The position numbers and the translations under genes were made by a program. This document shows, one piece after another, positions 1-11,908 of a DNA stretch of 64,000 bases. Origin of the DNA: Nitrospirales bacterium (lineage in GTDB: Bacteria > Nitrospirota > Nitrospiria > Nitrospirales > UBA8639). The notes below the pieces were generated by a model. That model saw only the letters and a program-made list of their open reading frames with translations, was not told the origin of the DNA and did not search any database. Numbering within the stretch: the first letter of the stretch is position 1; each line of letters starts with the position of its first letter. Location: positions 64,001 through 128,000 of the forward strand of contig CBDBCZ010000011.1 of NCBI GenBank assembly GCA_965203295.1. Reading direction: 5' to 3'.

Positions 1-1699
1 TACAGATCATCATGTGACATGTACCAGTATATATACCGGTATAGTAAGCTATAAACTAGCTCATTCTGCCTTTCTCCAACCACAGATAGCTTTAAACCAG
101 TTTAAAAATATCAATACAGCTATGCCTTTCTATCCACTGGGATTATGGCATACCCCCTGGTATGTCTTGTCACAAAAAATTGAAAGTACCTCCCATTGGT
201 AGTAGCTCGATTTTTGATGGCAAATCTGGTCAGGATCACATAATGAAACTAGCAATCACTCTCTAGATATCTCCATGGCTTAAAAATGCTCCCAGATGCT
301 TTTAACTCGCCAACTACTTTAGTGCAACGGATGGACGCACAATGATGGATGGAAAATATTACGCAGTAGTATCCGCTAGTTTCTGAATACTCAGAAATCC
401 TGAAGGAACTGAACATGTGTGCTAAACGATGTGTACCAGCATAGATAATAGAGCATATGCTCTATTATCATTATATGTTAGCCATGTTCCTAAGTTTTCC
501 TGCACACTTCTTGTGCATGCATGGGGAAGGCTTGAGAATTTAATATATTCTCCGGTGCATGAGACATAGCTGCTATGGATGCAGGAAGGCTGATTCCCCT
601 GCTCTACGATTCGTATACAGCCATCTCAGCAATTGAAGGCACCTATTTCGATGGGTACATTAAGACAGAGAAGTATGCTGCATATATATATGTGGCAAGA
701 GAGTGGTGTAGAAGGCAGTACATTGGTGGTAGCAAACTCTTAAACAGGAGGAATACACTGCATGGATAAAAAGAGGGGTGATATTCACTGCTATCTCTTT
801 ATATTTCACATTGAATCATGGGACCAAGAATGATTATGGCTTTCTCGTGAGATGGATGTCAGTGCAACAACAGGACGGGGTGATAGACCATGCCTCACAT
901 GGATACATGCAGGGTAGCTGCACTAAAGCTAGACCAACCGAGCAGCTGAGACAACAGTTATCTGCTTTGCAAAACATGAGCCATCTTCCCACAAACCACA
1001 AGCAAAATATAGCATGACTTGTGACGAAGTAGATCTATGCAATGCTTTTTATTACGGCTGGTAGCCAATATGTAGTACTCTGCATGTAGTGGTGAGCAAT
1101 ACTATGGCACTGTTACTGTAGTGTATAGGTATCTGTGCACAGAAACACGCAAGCTATCCACAGGGGGCACCTTTAAAACGGCACTGAGAGCCCTGACCCT
1201 ATATAGCTATTTAATGCACATCGTCAGGGCTAGGCTTGTCTAGCAGTTAGTTGTAGGCTGGGTTGTTTTCATGTGTAATTACACTTATAAAAATTACATA
1301 CCATTGAACTCAAGTTTGGGACTATCCAAGGGCTAAGCAGTAGTAGCCGTGCAACTAGTTTCACTGCATGTTCATTCGCCAATTACCACGCGCACACGCT
1401 ATAATTATACGCGCAGTCTTACTCACATAATTTTCATTGCGAGAGTTAACGTCAAAATGGCTGCCACTCGGGAGGCGCTAAAAGAATTCTCACCGGTTTC
1501 TTCGCATCGAAGAGAGTGCGGAACTTTTCCAATGTTAATTTTAATTTTAGGCAGGAAATGCCCCTTCAGCCAAAGGCTGGTCTACCAGGGGGTCCTGTAA
1601 CACAAACAACAAATACACAACACATACACAATCAGGGAAACAAGAGATAATTGATCAAGCACAAAAATTTAATATATAAAAAAAAAATAGAAAAAAAAA

Positions 1700-3601
1700 T
1701 ATACGCCCCCCTTTCCAGCCTTATCAGTGTATATAGTGTATTGTACTAGTTATAATGAAGATCATTGAGGGGGCGAGCCGGAGCGAGGTATAGTGATATG
1801 ATATGTTTGGTGGTTGTATAGTTGTCGATTTAATCATTAACAGCAGCACTTGAATATTAATATTTAATGACACAAGTAAGGCCAGGAAGGCCCATAGGTC
1901 AGATCATGGACATCATACATGTATATTAGTCAAGGGACAGACGGTCAGCTGTGGTATACTAACTCTGGTTAACAAAAATAATTAGCTAACAAACAAATAA
2001 GGATGGGAGACGACATGATGGATGAGAACCTATCCGAAGAGTTCATTGAATGGAAAGAGGGATTCAAGATAGAACAGCGCTATCATATCAGTGTAGGTTC
2101 AAGGTTTGTATGTTGGCAGAGAGAGGTTGATACAACAGTTATTGAAAGACTTGGCATAACTCATGGGAAGGAGATTCACCTTTGCCATTCTCACTCAGAG
2201 CCTTTTTCTTTGTAACCTCCAATAAAGGAGAGTACCGGTACCCTGGAACGGGACTGAAACTTATACAGGTCTATAAGCAGGGAGTTTCTGTGAGACTTCA
2301 TTATTCAGAAAGTCGACAAAATATAGCTGAGCGCCAGTGTCACTAAGCCACTCTACTCCAAATATGAGGTTGAAAAAGCGGTCAGGGTTGCAGGTTGGAT
2401 CCGGAAGGGCCTCCTTAACAGAGGGAGGGGCTTCCTTGAGCAGTGCAGCTCGACATTCTCGTAGGGTGGGGCAGGAGACAATGAAGTGGAGGGAATCCTC
2501 CAGAGGAGCCTCACATAGTTTACACGAAGGATCGTTGGGGGAGCGCTCGTTTCGCCTCTGCCTGAAGTGACTTGCATCTGCCTCCAGACCATCACAACTG
2601 GTGAGGAGACATAATATTATGTGGAAATTATTATTGCGGGTCTTCTTGGTATTCGTAAGGGTGAGGGGCAGGCTTCCCAAGAGGAAGATTGCACAAACCA
2701 TCGGAAGGAGTGGACAATCTACGCTGAGCAACAGGTTTGAATGAATAGTGAGAAGTCGCTTGGTAGCAAGCTTCCAACTGTTATGTGCCCGCTGATTGGC
2801 AAGTAGGTCCGAGATGGAGGGGAGGTTCAGATCCTCTAGCAGTGCTCTCCACACCGGGATGCAACCAGCAGTCGCGTTGCAGCTGACCTGGTGTTCCAGA
2901 AGCCTCCGGGGTAGGGCAGATGACTCCATGATGGCGATGGAGTTGACAAAAGCTAGTTGTTTATGAGATGAAGGAGGAGAGCCTGCGAGAACCAAGGAGA
3001 TTACGCAGAGCAGATAACGGGCATCTAGTAGGCAATCCTTGGATTGTACAGAGAATCTTTGAGTGGACTCTTTCCAACATAAGTAGCTCAGTTTTGGTGA
3101 TAGACCATATAGGGTGATAGAGCCACGCGTCAAGCGCCATGACGACTCAGTCGTTTAATCGTCTACGCTTTCGTCGTTCTCGCTCCACCTGCAACCTTCT
3201 CTCCCTCTCCTCTGCAATTTCCAGCCTTCTTCTTTCCCTGTTACGCAACCGACGCCGTTCTAAAGCAAGCTGTCTTCATCTCTGAAAGTACGAGACTACT
3301 GAAAGTACGAATGTAAAGTGTGGTCGGCTGCTCGAAAATATTACGCTCGCGGCGCGCGCAAGGTTTAACGTTTAAATAGTGGGTATTGAAATATTTTCGG
3401 TATATGAACCATACGCACAGAAATTGGCATTTGGTTCACTAGGATTGGGGCTCGCTCCGGCTCGCCCCAATTATATACGCCCCCTTTTCCAGCGGTATAC
3501 GCCCCCTTTTCCAGCCGCTGGAAAAGGGGGCGTATATAATACATACACTATCAGGAGCTTATGAGCGGCGACACAAATAAGGCTGGAAAAGGGGGCGTAT
3601 A
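1700..3601. mobile_element. Non-autonomous TIR element (TATACGCCCCCTTT(T)CCAGCC ends) enclosing LINE fragments
   Basis: tatacgccccctttccagcctt at 1700 is inverted relative to aaggctggaaaagggggcgtata at ~3579-3601. Extra copies of the motif lie at 3474-3538 and ~42237. An inner inverted pair ggggcgagccggagcgag (~1768) / ctcgctccggctcgcccc (~3451) is also present. Confidence 0.55.
2261..3133 (-). pseudogene. Degenerate 3' part of a non-LTR retrotransposon ORF2 (C-terminal zinc-binding region)
   Basis: CKLCEAPLEDSLHFIVSCPTL is the CCHC-type motif found C-terminal to LINE RTs. No RT core is present and the upstream frame is broken. Confidence 0.7.
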
Positions 3602-3660
3602 TAAATCATTACACTTGGCAGTGTATTGTTACTTCCTGCTTTGCGATTTATGTAGCCTCC

Positions 3661-3759
3661 GAATCGCTTTTTTTATGACAGACGACGCCGACTGACAACG
3701 ACAGACGGACAATACCGACTGCTTAGTCCCGCTCGCGCATACGCGGCGCGGGGTAATAA
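3661..3759 (-). mobile_element. 5' end of a Helentron-associated (HINE/DINE-1-like) element
   Basis: The minus strand reads ttattaccccgcgccgcgtatgcgcgagcggg (short hairpin), then a gtccgtctgtc-like microsatellite. This is the layout of HINE 5' ends. Confidence 0.4.
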
Positions 3760-6700
3760 CTCACCCGAATGAAGTCCAATGACGTATTGGCCACCCATTC
3801 TCTGGTACAAGCATGAATGTTGTACCGTGGATATGCAATAACAAATGAATAAGACATTGTGACATGCGATAACACAACAAAAGAATGTTGCACTCTGGTT
3901 GTGCAATAACACAAGAATGTTGCATTCTGGATAGCTATGCACTTCAAAATTTTAATGTTGCAGATGGATTCATGGCCTATACGTAGCTGCATACTGTTAG
4001 CCTCATGCTATTATAGCAAATGTGTTGGTGACTGCCGAGCAACAAAGGGAGGGTCTTTAAACCTTGAGTAGCTTGCTGTCATCATGTACTTCTGGCTTCC
4101 ATGCAGAGACACAACCCATGCATGTTCACAACAGCTATGTGTGGGTCACTATAAAGCTCACCTCTGCATTTGAGGGCATTATGCGTATATATTATATAGC
4201 TATAATGAATGGTCATATCAGTATAGCTATATAGCTACTACATGTAGTATTAGCTATACCCAAAATGATGACATGCATGGCGTAAGCTATCCAGGGGGTG
4301 GACTAGAGCTTGCTATTCATAGCATGTGTAGAATTCTTTTCATATGTTGACGCTCATGTGTGAGCTATGATTACATAAAAGTGCATGTGGGTCAAAATTA
4401 ATTGGCTTATGACTGTTTTATCTGGATTCTACAAAGTGCAAGGCCATCACCTATTATGGTCTGAGCAAGGCATAATGTATATTCACAAACTGGCATGAAA
4501 TAGGATGGGCAGTTAAAGATTTGCAATTGCATGACCTTTGAATGACCCCTTGGTTTTGGTTATGGTGTTGCAAGTCGACTTGCGACCACATGAAAAAGCT
4601 AGCTACAGCTATAATATCCATGCTGTATAATTCAGGTATTAAAATGGTGACACATTTTTTGCACATATTAGTTTGTTCATTTGGGTATATAGCTACAGTC
4701 CCATTATAGAGCCAAATACTGATCTAGTGCATGGCATTGCATGCATGCTTGCATTCGTTAATGATACAGATCAAGATCACAAAATCTAGCCAGTATAATA
4801 GCTATATATAGCTAAACAGAAAAGACATGTGAGAGACTGCATGCCCACTGTGCCAGTGGAAGTGCAAGTAGCAGAGCTAGCACTGCAGAGAGAGGCCAGA
4901 CGATAGCTGCATGGTCATGCAGAGTAGCTGGTGGTACTGAACTCCATAGTGCACAAGGCTCGCTATATAGCTAGCTATAGTTTAAGAGGCCAGAGTATTA
5001 GGCAGCTGCAGACAGTTGACGAGAACATCATATACACAGTATAGCTAGTCTAAGAGTATTAATAGTTAACTAGACTATGTTTACTGTATGTTTGAAGGGG
5101 TGGTCACTTTTTGGATTAGCTACCAGTGCATGGTCCATCCCTATATATATCTGAGGAGTTACTGGAGTTCTTTATACCCACACCTTTCTAATGGGATAGT
5201 GCCGCTACTCTGTATGACCAGTAGCTAGCCTGGCCTCTGTCTGTGCTCTGCTATTTGCACTCCCACTGCATGAGTAGCTACTATAGGCGCTTAGCATGTT
5301 AATAAGTGCTTTCCATGCAGGAACCGCTTAATTGCACAGTTATTAGTTCGTCATACATGCAATGATCCCCCCCCCCCCATACACCCCCCACACCCCATGC
5401 ACCCCCCACCCCTCAGCTACATAGAAATCCTTAAAATAGCTAACTGTAAACCTTTCACCATTATAATATGGACAAAGACAAAACTGAAAGAGTGTCTATA
5501 GCTATCACAGCAGTAAAAAATAAGTTAAAGGGAATTTGGGGCAGCCTACAAGAAACGATGAAAGTATACTACCCGGTATCGTCTAAGTAGTCTTCATAGC
5601 ACAGCCACAGTCTTTATCAAAATTTTAGAGTGGTAAAGGGTTAATTAAAGTCCGCTGGATTTCCGCATAATTATAAAGTCAGCTCACTTGGCGCATAAAA
5701 CGCGCATTAAATTGACGGTACCACGGTTACCGCGGATTTGTAAGCAAAAGACGTGACCAAAGTGCCAGGGCCTGAAAAGGATCTGTCATTGCTGAGAATT
5801 GGCGAGTGTAAGTATTAATGTCACATCAGGTTAAATTTGTGGTGCATTTATTTATAAGCTTTATGACATGCAGTCTCGGCACGGCATACATGTAGGTATT
5901 GGAGCTAGCTTTAATATCTATGCTCACGGTTACTGATTAGCTACTAGATTGTAAATCGTTCTATATATATCTCGCAAGTCTTTATGAAGTCAGAAGCAAT
6001 AATTTCTAAGTATGATGTGCAGGCTCATTAGAAAATGAGTGCAATGTATATACAATAATAGAGTCGGTACATGTATAGGCCCGGATCGAATTTCCTGTGA
6101 CACCGGTACGCATGCAGCCTCCCGAATCGCCGCTGCCCCTGCAGGCGTACATGATATGCACTGATACGCATGTAGCCATGTGTGTATGTATACGTACGTA
6201 TGTCCTTTATTATATTGTTGGCACACTCACAGGAAGCATAATTGTGCTCATGCTGTGTGGTGTCATGTATCCCGCTTAGGCTAGTCCCGCTTTGAAGGCA
6301 GGACAGTTCTGCTTTTGCCTCACGTAAAGGGAGAGTACATGTACTGCAGCTCGAAATATGCATGCACTAAATTAGTCGTCCTTTCTGAGATAATTGCCGT
6401 ATGCTGGAATCAGAGGTCAGATGCACGCCCAATTGTACAATGGACTCGCTCCCAAGACTACATGTACACAGACTACGTCCGCTGAAGCGAAAAGATTTAT
6501 TTATTGTGTCCCGCTTCCGAATCGGCTCATCTTTCTGGAAGATGCTGTCCCTATTTCGGTCTCTTCTTGGTTGACACCTATGCTATACATGTACGTATAT
6601 TATAGATAAATTATCCGTATAGTAATAGATATCCATGTCTAAGTGGACGAGTAGCTATATTTCAATAGCGTACCAAAATCTGCACTGTATCCCATGTAGC

Positions 6701-6972
6701 GTTTCACCCCTTAGCTATTTTACCCAAGTGTAGATTCCGATTAGAAATGAATGTTGTAAAAGCGTACAAATAACTGTTATAGAACTAGAAGCGTGCAATA
6801 ACCAAAGATGCTATGCAATTCTGGCTTAAATCTGTGCCTGCTGGAGAAAGCTAGACTGTAGAATAGACAGGAAGTATAAGTGGAATAATAACTATTAATT
6901 AAATACCGCCCAAGTTACTTCCGGTGCTGTATTTAAATCCAATTACCGGTATCTGGACTGGTCACCGCTGGG

Positions 6973-7588
6973 TAGTCTCGTGCCCAGCCCGTCGCTCCTC
7001 ACCTCGCTGAGGAGGTACGTACGCTGAGACAGTCTGGCGACCCAAGTCCAAAAGGTCAGTTGCACCCGCTCTGAATTCAGGCGGATCCAATGAGATTACA
7101 GTATTTGCAATTAGCACTTAAAAGAATGCTATTACGGTCCGAGAAAATGGCGACGTTCGAGTTTTAGGGCAGGTTTAGGCAGCCTTTCGAATCAAGTAGC
7201 AATTGAGACAGCTCTTCATGCAGTTTCGAAGGTTAGATAACTGCAATTTCGGCGAAAGCAGGGCGATCAACTCTCGCTATCAGCTTTAAAAGCTAAGTTG
7301 CCATACCTTGCTCATTTTGCCGTTCTGTACAGTGTTGTACCTGCTTTTCAGTTAAGATTTGTGTGCAAATATACCAAAACGGTCCTTGTAGAGGTTCGTA
7401 GTAAGCTTTTATAAAGCTTTGAAGCCTGAACTATTCCATGAATTGTATGCAATTAAACCGCTCATTACTCCGCCCATATCTCCGCCGTTGAAACGACTTT
7501 TTGGACTTGGGTCGCCAGACCGTAACAGCGAGGGTCTGGGCACAAGACTTAGTCTCGTTCCCAGACCGACGGGCTGGGCACGAGACCA
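6973..7588. mobile_element. Academ-type MITE (TAGTCTCG termini)
   Basis: tagtctcgtgcccagcccgtcg ... cgacgggctgggcacgagacca, plus an inner inverted pair gtctggcgacccaagtccaaaa / ttttggacttgggtcgccagac. Confidence 0.65.
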
Positions 7589-7598
7589 CATAAGACTA

Positions 7599-7640
7599 TA
7601 GTCTCGCGGGCCAGACGATTTTTGTTGGTCTGCGAGACTA
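7599..7640. mobile_element. 42-bp AcademH-type mini element
   Basis: tagtctcgcg...tgcgagacta is flanked by an exact 9-bp duplication ataagacta (7590-7598 and 7641-7649). Confidence 0.8.
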
Positions 7641-7832
7641 ATAAGACTATGAGCTGAGCTCGTGTATAATGCATAACCGACGAGGTTGGACTAGTCTCGT
7701 GCCCAGCCGGAAATTTCACGGCTATGCGGACACTAATGGAATGCAATTATAGTGTCAGTGGGTGCTAAATGGAAGCCACGTGGAGGTGTAATTAGAAAAC
7801 AGGCTAGATAGCTGTACGCTATTAGTACAATA

Positions 7833-10800
7833 CCGATAACAACTAAACACCGATATAAAAGTCAGACAATAGAAAATAAACAATTATGCACAAAGTGAAG
7901 GTTCAAGTGGGGATTCGCCCCTCGGATGTTGCGAGGGTGATGTCCACGTCTCCCCCACGGATGGGGCGATGGAAGGATGACCTGCTACCGCGAATGCACA
8001 TAATGGCAGATCGTAATGCTGCAAATGACAACCTGCAGCGCAGCCACCCCATCACGGTTGGATATGGGTGTTGTCGTTTCTGCGAGATCATACTTGCCAA
8101 TCGCTTGTAGAAGGTGGTTGCCTCCTGACCCATGCCTCCTGTGGATGAGAACACCAGGGGAGTGAACACGCCATGCTCTACTTCTCTGATGCGTTGCCCG
8201 TACTCGTGCTTCTTTGCTTGCTCGTGTCTCCTGTAGGCTGAAGAGGTCAATGTGGAACGATTACTGGGCGCGTTGGGGTAAAAAACCCGTACATCAAAGA
8301 ATGCATCCTGTGTTGCGTTCCAAAATCCCCTCGCACGAATGTCAACTCGGGCGCCATCACTTGTGTTCGTAGAACGTGCATCGAAGTTTTCCCCGCTGAG
8401 TGGTTGGAGAGTTGGCTCGGTGGTCACATTGTGACAGACTTCTGTAAGTAGGGTGGCAGTGATGTCGCACAGCTCATTGTGGCGTATTGTTGGAAATCCA
8501 CCCATGTGACAGACCATAGCATGATCGATGGAAAATCGGGCTCCACAGCTGCAAGTCTGAGGTGTGCAGCTCAGATTCCAGCCATATCTCAGGCATAATG
8601 CATCTCGGAATTCCCCTTTGTGCAGGTGGAATCCGTATTCCTCAAGTGGGAGAGCAGAGAGCCATGAAGATGAGCCTTTTTCTTGAGCAAGGTCGACACA
8701 TTGCTTGAGCTGAGGGTGGAGTTGGTCATAGATGCTCCTGGCCAGCTCAACCTGTCTCAGACGATTGGACGTCTTGATGTTCTTCTTGATGGTGGCGGTG
8801 ACATCGGGGTCAACGATTTGTTTTGCTTCTTGGGCAACTATCAGGGCTACCAAGGGGGCTGTGAGGTGTTGTGAGGCCTGAAAAATGCTTGGAGATTCAG
8901 CTGCAGGATTGCGTAGGCCCAACCCTCCAAGTCTAACAGGGAGGGAAAGCAAGTCCCTCTCCAGGGATGAGCAAGGTGGACGACCAGTCAGAGCTGGAAT
9001 GAAGTGATGATGAATGGCGTCCTCCAGTGGAAGAAGAAGGTCTTGGATGTCTGGTATTGTACGTAACAAGTACGACCATCGACTTGACAGACCATGTGTG
9101 AATGCGGCATGTGCAGCATGGGGTTGGGATATTGCAACTTTGGCTAGTTGCTGGATCTCTTTGACCTATTCCTGGACTTTGGTACTCACATATTCTTCGG
9201 TGAAGGTTCTGGAGCCCAGGGCAGCACCTAGGTGGCGCTTGCCATAGGTGGTGACATGTACATCGGTATCAGCGAATAGCCGGGAGGCATGTTCTCCATG
9301 GTCTGGTTTTACCACCAGGTAGGTCTTGGAGCCATTGGGATAGTACCCAAACAAGGGTCCAATCTCAGAAATGTGATCCCACCATGCTCTGAGACTGCTG
9401 CACGTAGAAGCACTGGTTGCATCATCTGCATACCACACTTGGTGGACATCAGGAGAGCGAGAGCTTAGTTGATCGATCAGTGGGGTTATTGCAAGAGCGT
9501 ACATCGCCATTGCAAGAGGGTCTCCTTGTGTGGTGCCTTCGGTGGATTGAATTTCTCCGCTACCGGTTATAAAGAGCCTGATCGGCGCTCTGTATGTGTT
9601 CACCAGTATATGGGTCAGAGCTGGGCAAATAATGCTGATGTTGTGGAGAGCGGTTTTTCGATTGACGGAATTGAAGGCGTTGGTTGCATCAACCAGCAGG
9701 ACGGCTTCCGTATTGGAGTCCTCGAAGATTCGTCGCATGGCGTGCACAGCTGCTTCACAGCCTCCCTCCTGACCAGCACATACCTGCAATGGGCCAGCTG
9801 CTTCTTCAACATCAGGGCTAACAATGCTCAGGATTGCCTTTGCAGCAATTCGTCTTGGGACTTCACCGATGCCAATAGGTCTCACTCCCGGGCATTTGTC
9901 CAGCGGAATGAGGCGGCAGGCCACAAAGGCATGAATGCCTTCAGGGTTGACGAGAGTGGTAGCAATGCGTTTGGCGACACCGGCGAGGGAGGAGCATAAA
10001 CTGTGTGAGGCAGATTTGAAGGAGGAACACAATCGTCTCCAGGCATGTGCATCTACTCCTGAAGGGCCTGCTGCGCCTTGGGTGTGCAACGAGGCCTGAC
10101 GAATGGCATCCCCATCCAGTCTATCGAAGACAATGGGGTTGAAGATTGGTGCTGAGGTGGCGGTGAGGAGAGTATTGGCTGCTGGATGCTTGCCAGAGGG
10201 ATGCTTGTCAAGAAGGATGTCTCTGGTTGATCGAGGCATGGCTTCACCATCCGTCGAGGTACAAGGCACCATATCATCGAGCTTCAGCACACCACCACTG
10301 GTGTTCCGGGAGAGATATCTCAGGGCACTGTGGACGCTCCCCTTCATCATTAAATCTCTGAAGGTGCGAGCAATCTTCTCACTATCAGGCTGCTTCATCC
10401 CATGGCGGAGGTATTTTTGTATGCATCGTCCTTCTTCTAAGAGTGATGGGATGTCTCCTTCATGCCATAGTTTTAGTCGCCTTTGAAGGTGAGCAGCGTG
10501 GTCTTTGCTTTTGCTCGAACGGCTTGGCTTCTGCAGGAGCAGCACCTGGGCAATGGTGATGGCTTTCATTGCAATACACTCAAGACTAGAGCTGTCCGCA
10601 TATGCTTGGAATAGGCGAGCCAGCTCCAGGACAAACGATTTTCCAGCTGAGCCCGATGGTACCTGGAAAATGTTTCTTCTCCAGTGGACCACTTCTTCGT
10701 AAGCCATGTCAACCAGTGTGCAGAATTCAACCCCCTCGTGGGGTCCCCAGAAGAAGTTGGGTGCTTGAAGAGGAGGTGCTGGCCATGACGTATCGACAGT

Positions 10801-11258
10801 GGAGCAGTGACTTGCATTAGGGGACCGCTGTTCGACTGAAGGACATGGAGATTCTTCGTTCACGTTTGCGTTACTAGGCTGTCTGTCTGGCTCAAGAAGT
10901 GGAGACGGTAGTTGAGAGGTTGGGGTGGATCCATCTGGAGCTGAAAGGGATGTAAGTGGCAGCCGACTTTGAATTTGAGCTGTGCTGGTACAGTTCTCAC
11001 AGTTCCCGAGTCGTTGTGGGAGGCAGCCCTGGCACGCTCTACCCCCCTTCACACACGAACAGTTTCTACACCGGCCTGTGCGGTTACATTTACAGCAGGA
11101 CATACCCGGCGTGTCCGTTCAAGCGTTTGCGGTAGAAGCAGCATAGACTGCGGTAGAAGCAGTATAGACTTCAGGAGGTCGGACAATCTTACTTACGCCT
11201 TTTCCCTAGCAAACGTCGACTGACTGTACGTTGCGTCGCGCGAATACGCGACGCAACG
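7833..11258 (-). mobile_element. Apparently full-length CRE-clade (RLE-type) non-LTR retrotransposon
   Basis: A single long RT+RLE reading frame. Flanked by the 10-bp direct repeat tagtacaata (7823-7832 and 11259-11268), a candidate TSD. Confidence 0.8.
7903..11103 (-). pseudogene. RT + restriction-like endonuclease ORF (~1066 codons) with one premature stop
   Basis: RT motifs are GVRPIGIGE, DATNAFN, QGDPL and YADD. The CCHC motif is CSCG...HAMVC and the RLE motifs are RHN, RVDI, FFDVRV and KKHEY. ORFs 9166-11103 and 7903-9069 are in the same frame, separated by TAG at 9166-9168 (probably TGG>TAG in QE*VKEI). Confidence 0.9.
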
Positions 11259-11908
11259 TAGTACAATAATACTGCTGCACGGTATACTACGAGCGAGTCA
11301 GGGCTATGGTGATTTGTGTCTTGTGCGGTAAGGGTATTCAAGGCTCAACCACTGTTGTCTGATAGCACTAGAGTGGTTCGTGATTTTTACATAGCACACT
11401 TGAATCCTTTGTTGTAGTCTCGTGAACCAGCCCACTTAATTTCCGCAACGCCGATCGCTAATTAGTATGCGGCACGCGGAAAAGTGGTCTGGAGACTTAG
11501 GATTACTTCACGTAAATCTCTACTGAAATTTCACTAGAGCCAATGAAATTGCAGATCGTGTAAATAGAGTAATTTGGATACGTGAGAGCGATTGCTATAG
11601 CATTCTTTTCTCGTGACATCGACGTACAGTCTATTAAGCAGCTTAGCTATGGCCGAACTTTCTGAGAGTGAGGTTTCAGCGGCGATTATGGAGGTTAGAA
11701 GGAAGTTAGGAACGAGCTAAGAGAGCGACAAGAAGAGGTAGTGGCAAAATTTGTGCGAGGGCGGGATGTTTTCGTTTTTCTACCCATTGAAGTGGGAAGA
11801 GCCTCTGCTATTCGGTGCTTCCTTCGACTTTTGATAAGCTGAGACGAGAGTCGCCCGAATCCAAGCTCAGTACATAGAGCCTTCGTGATTTCGTCGTCCG
11901 TGAGCCAT

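Noticed and set aside
1..1600. Short ORFs at the window start
   Set aside because: No recognisable motifs or consistent exon chain.
8683..10820. Plus-strand ORFs of 60-176 aa
   Set aside because: They are antisense shadows of the CRE-type ORF.
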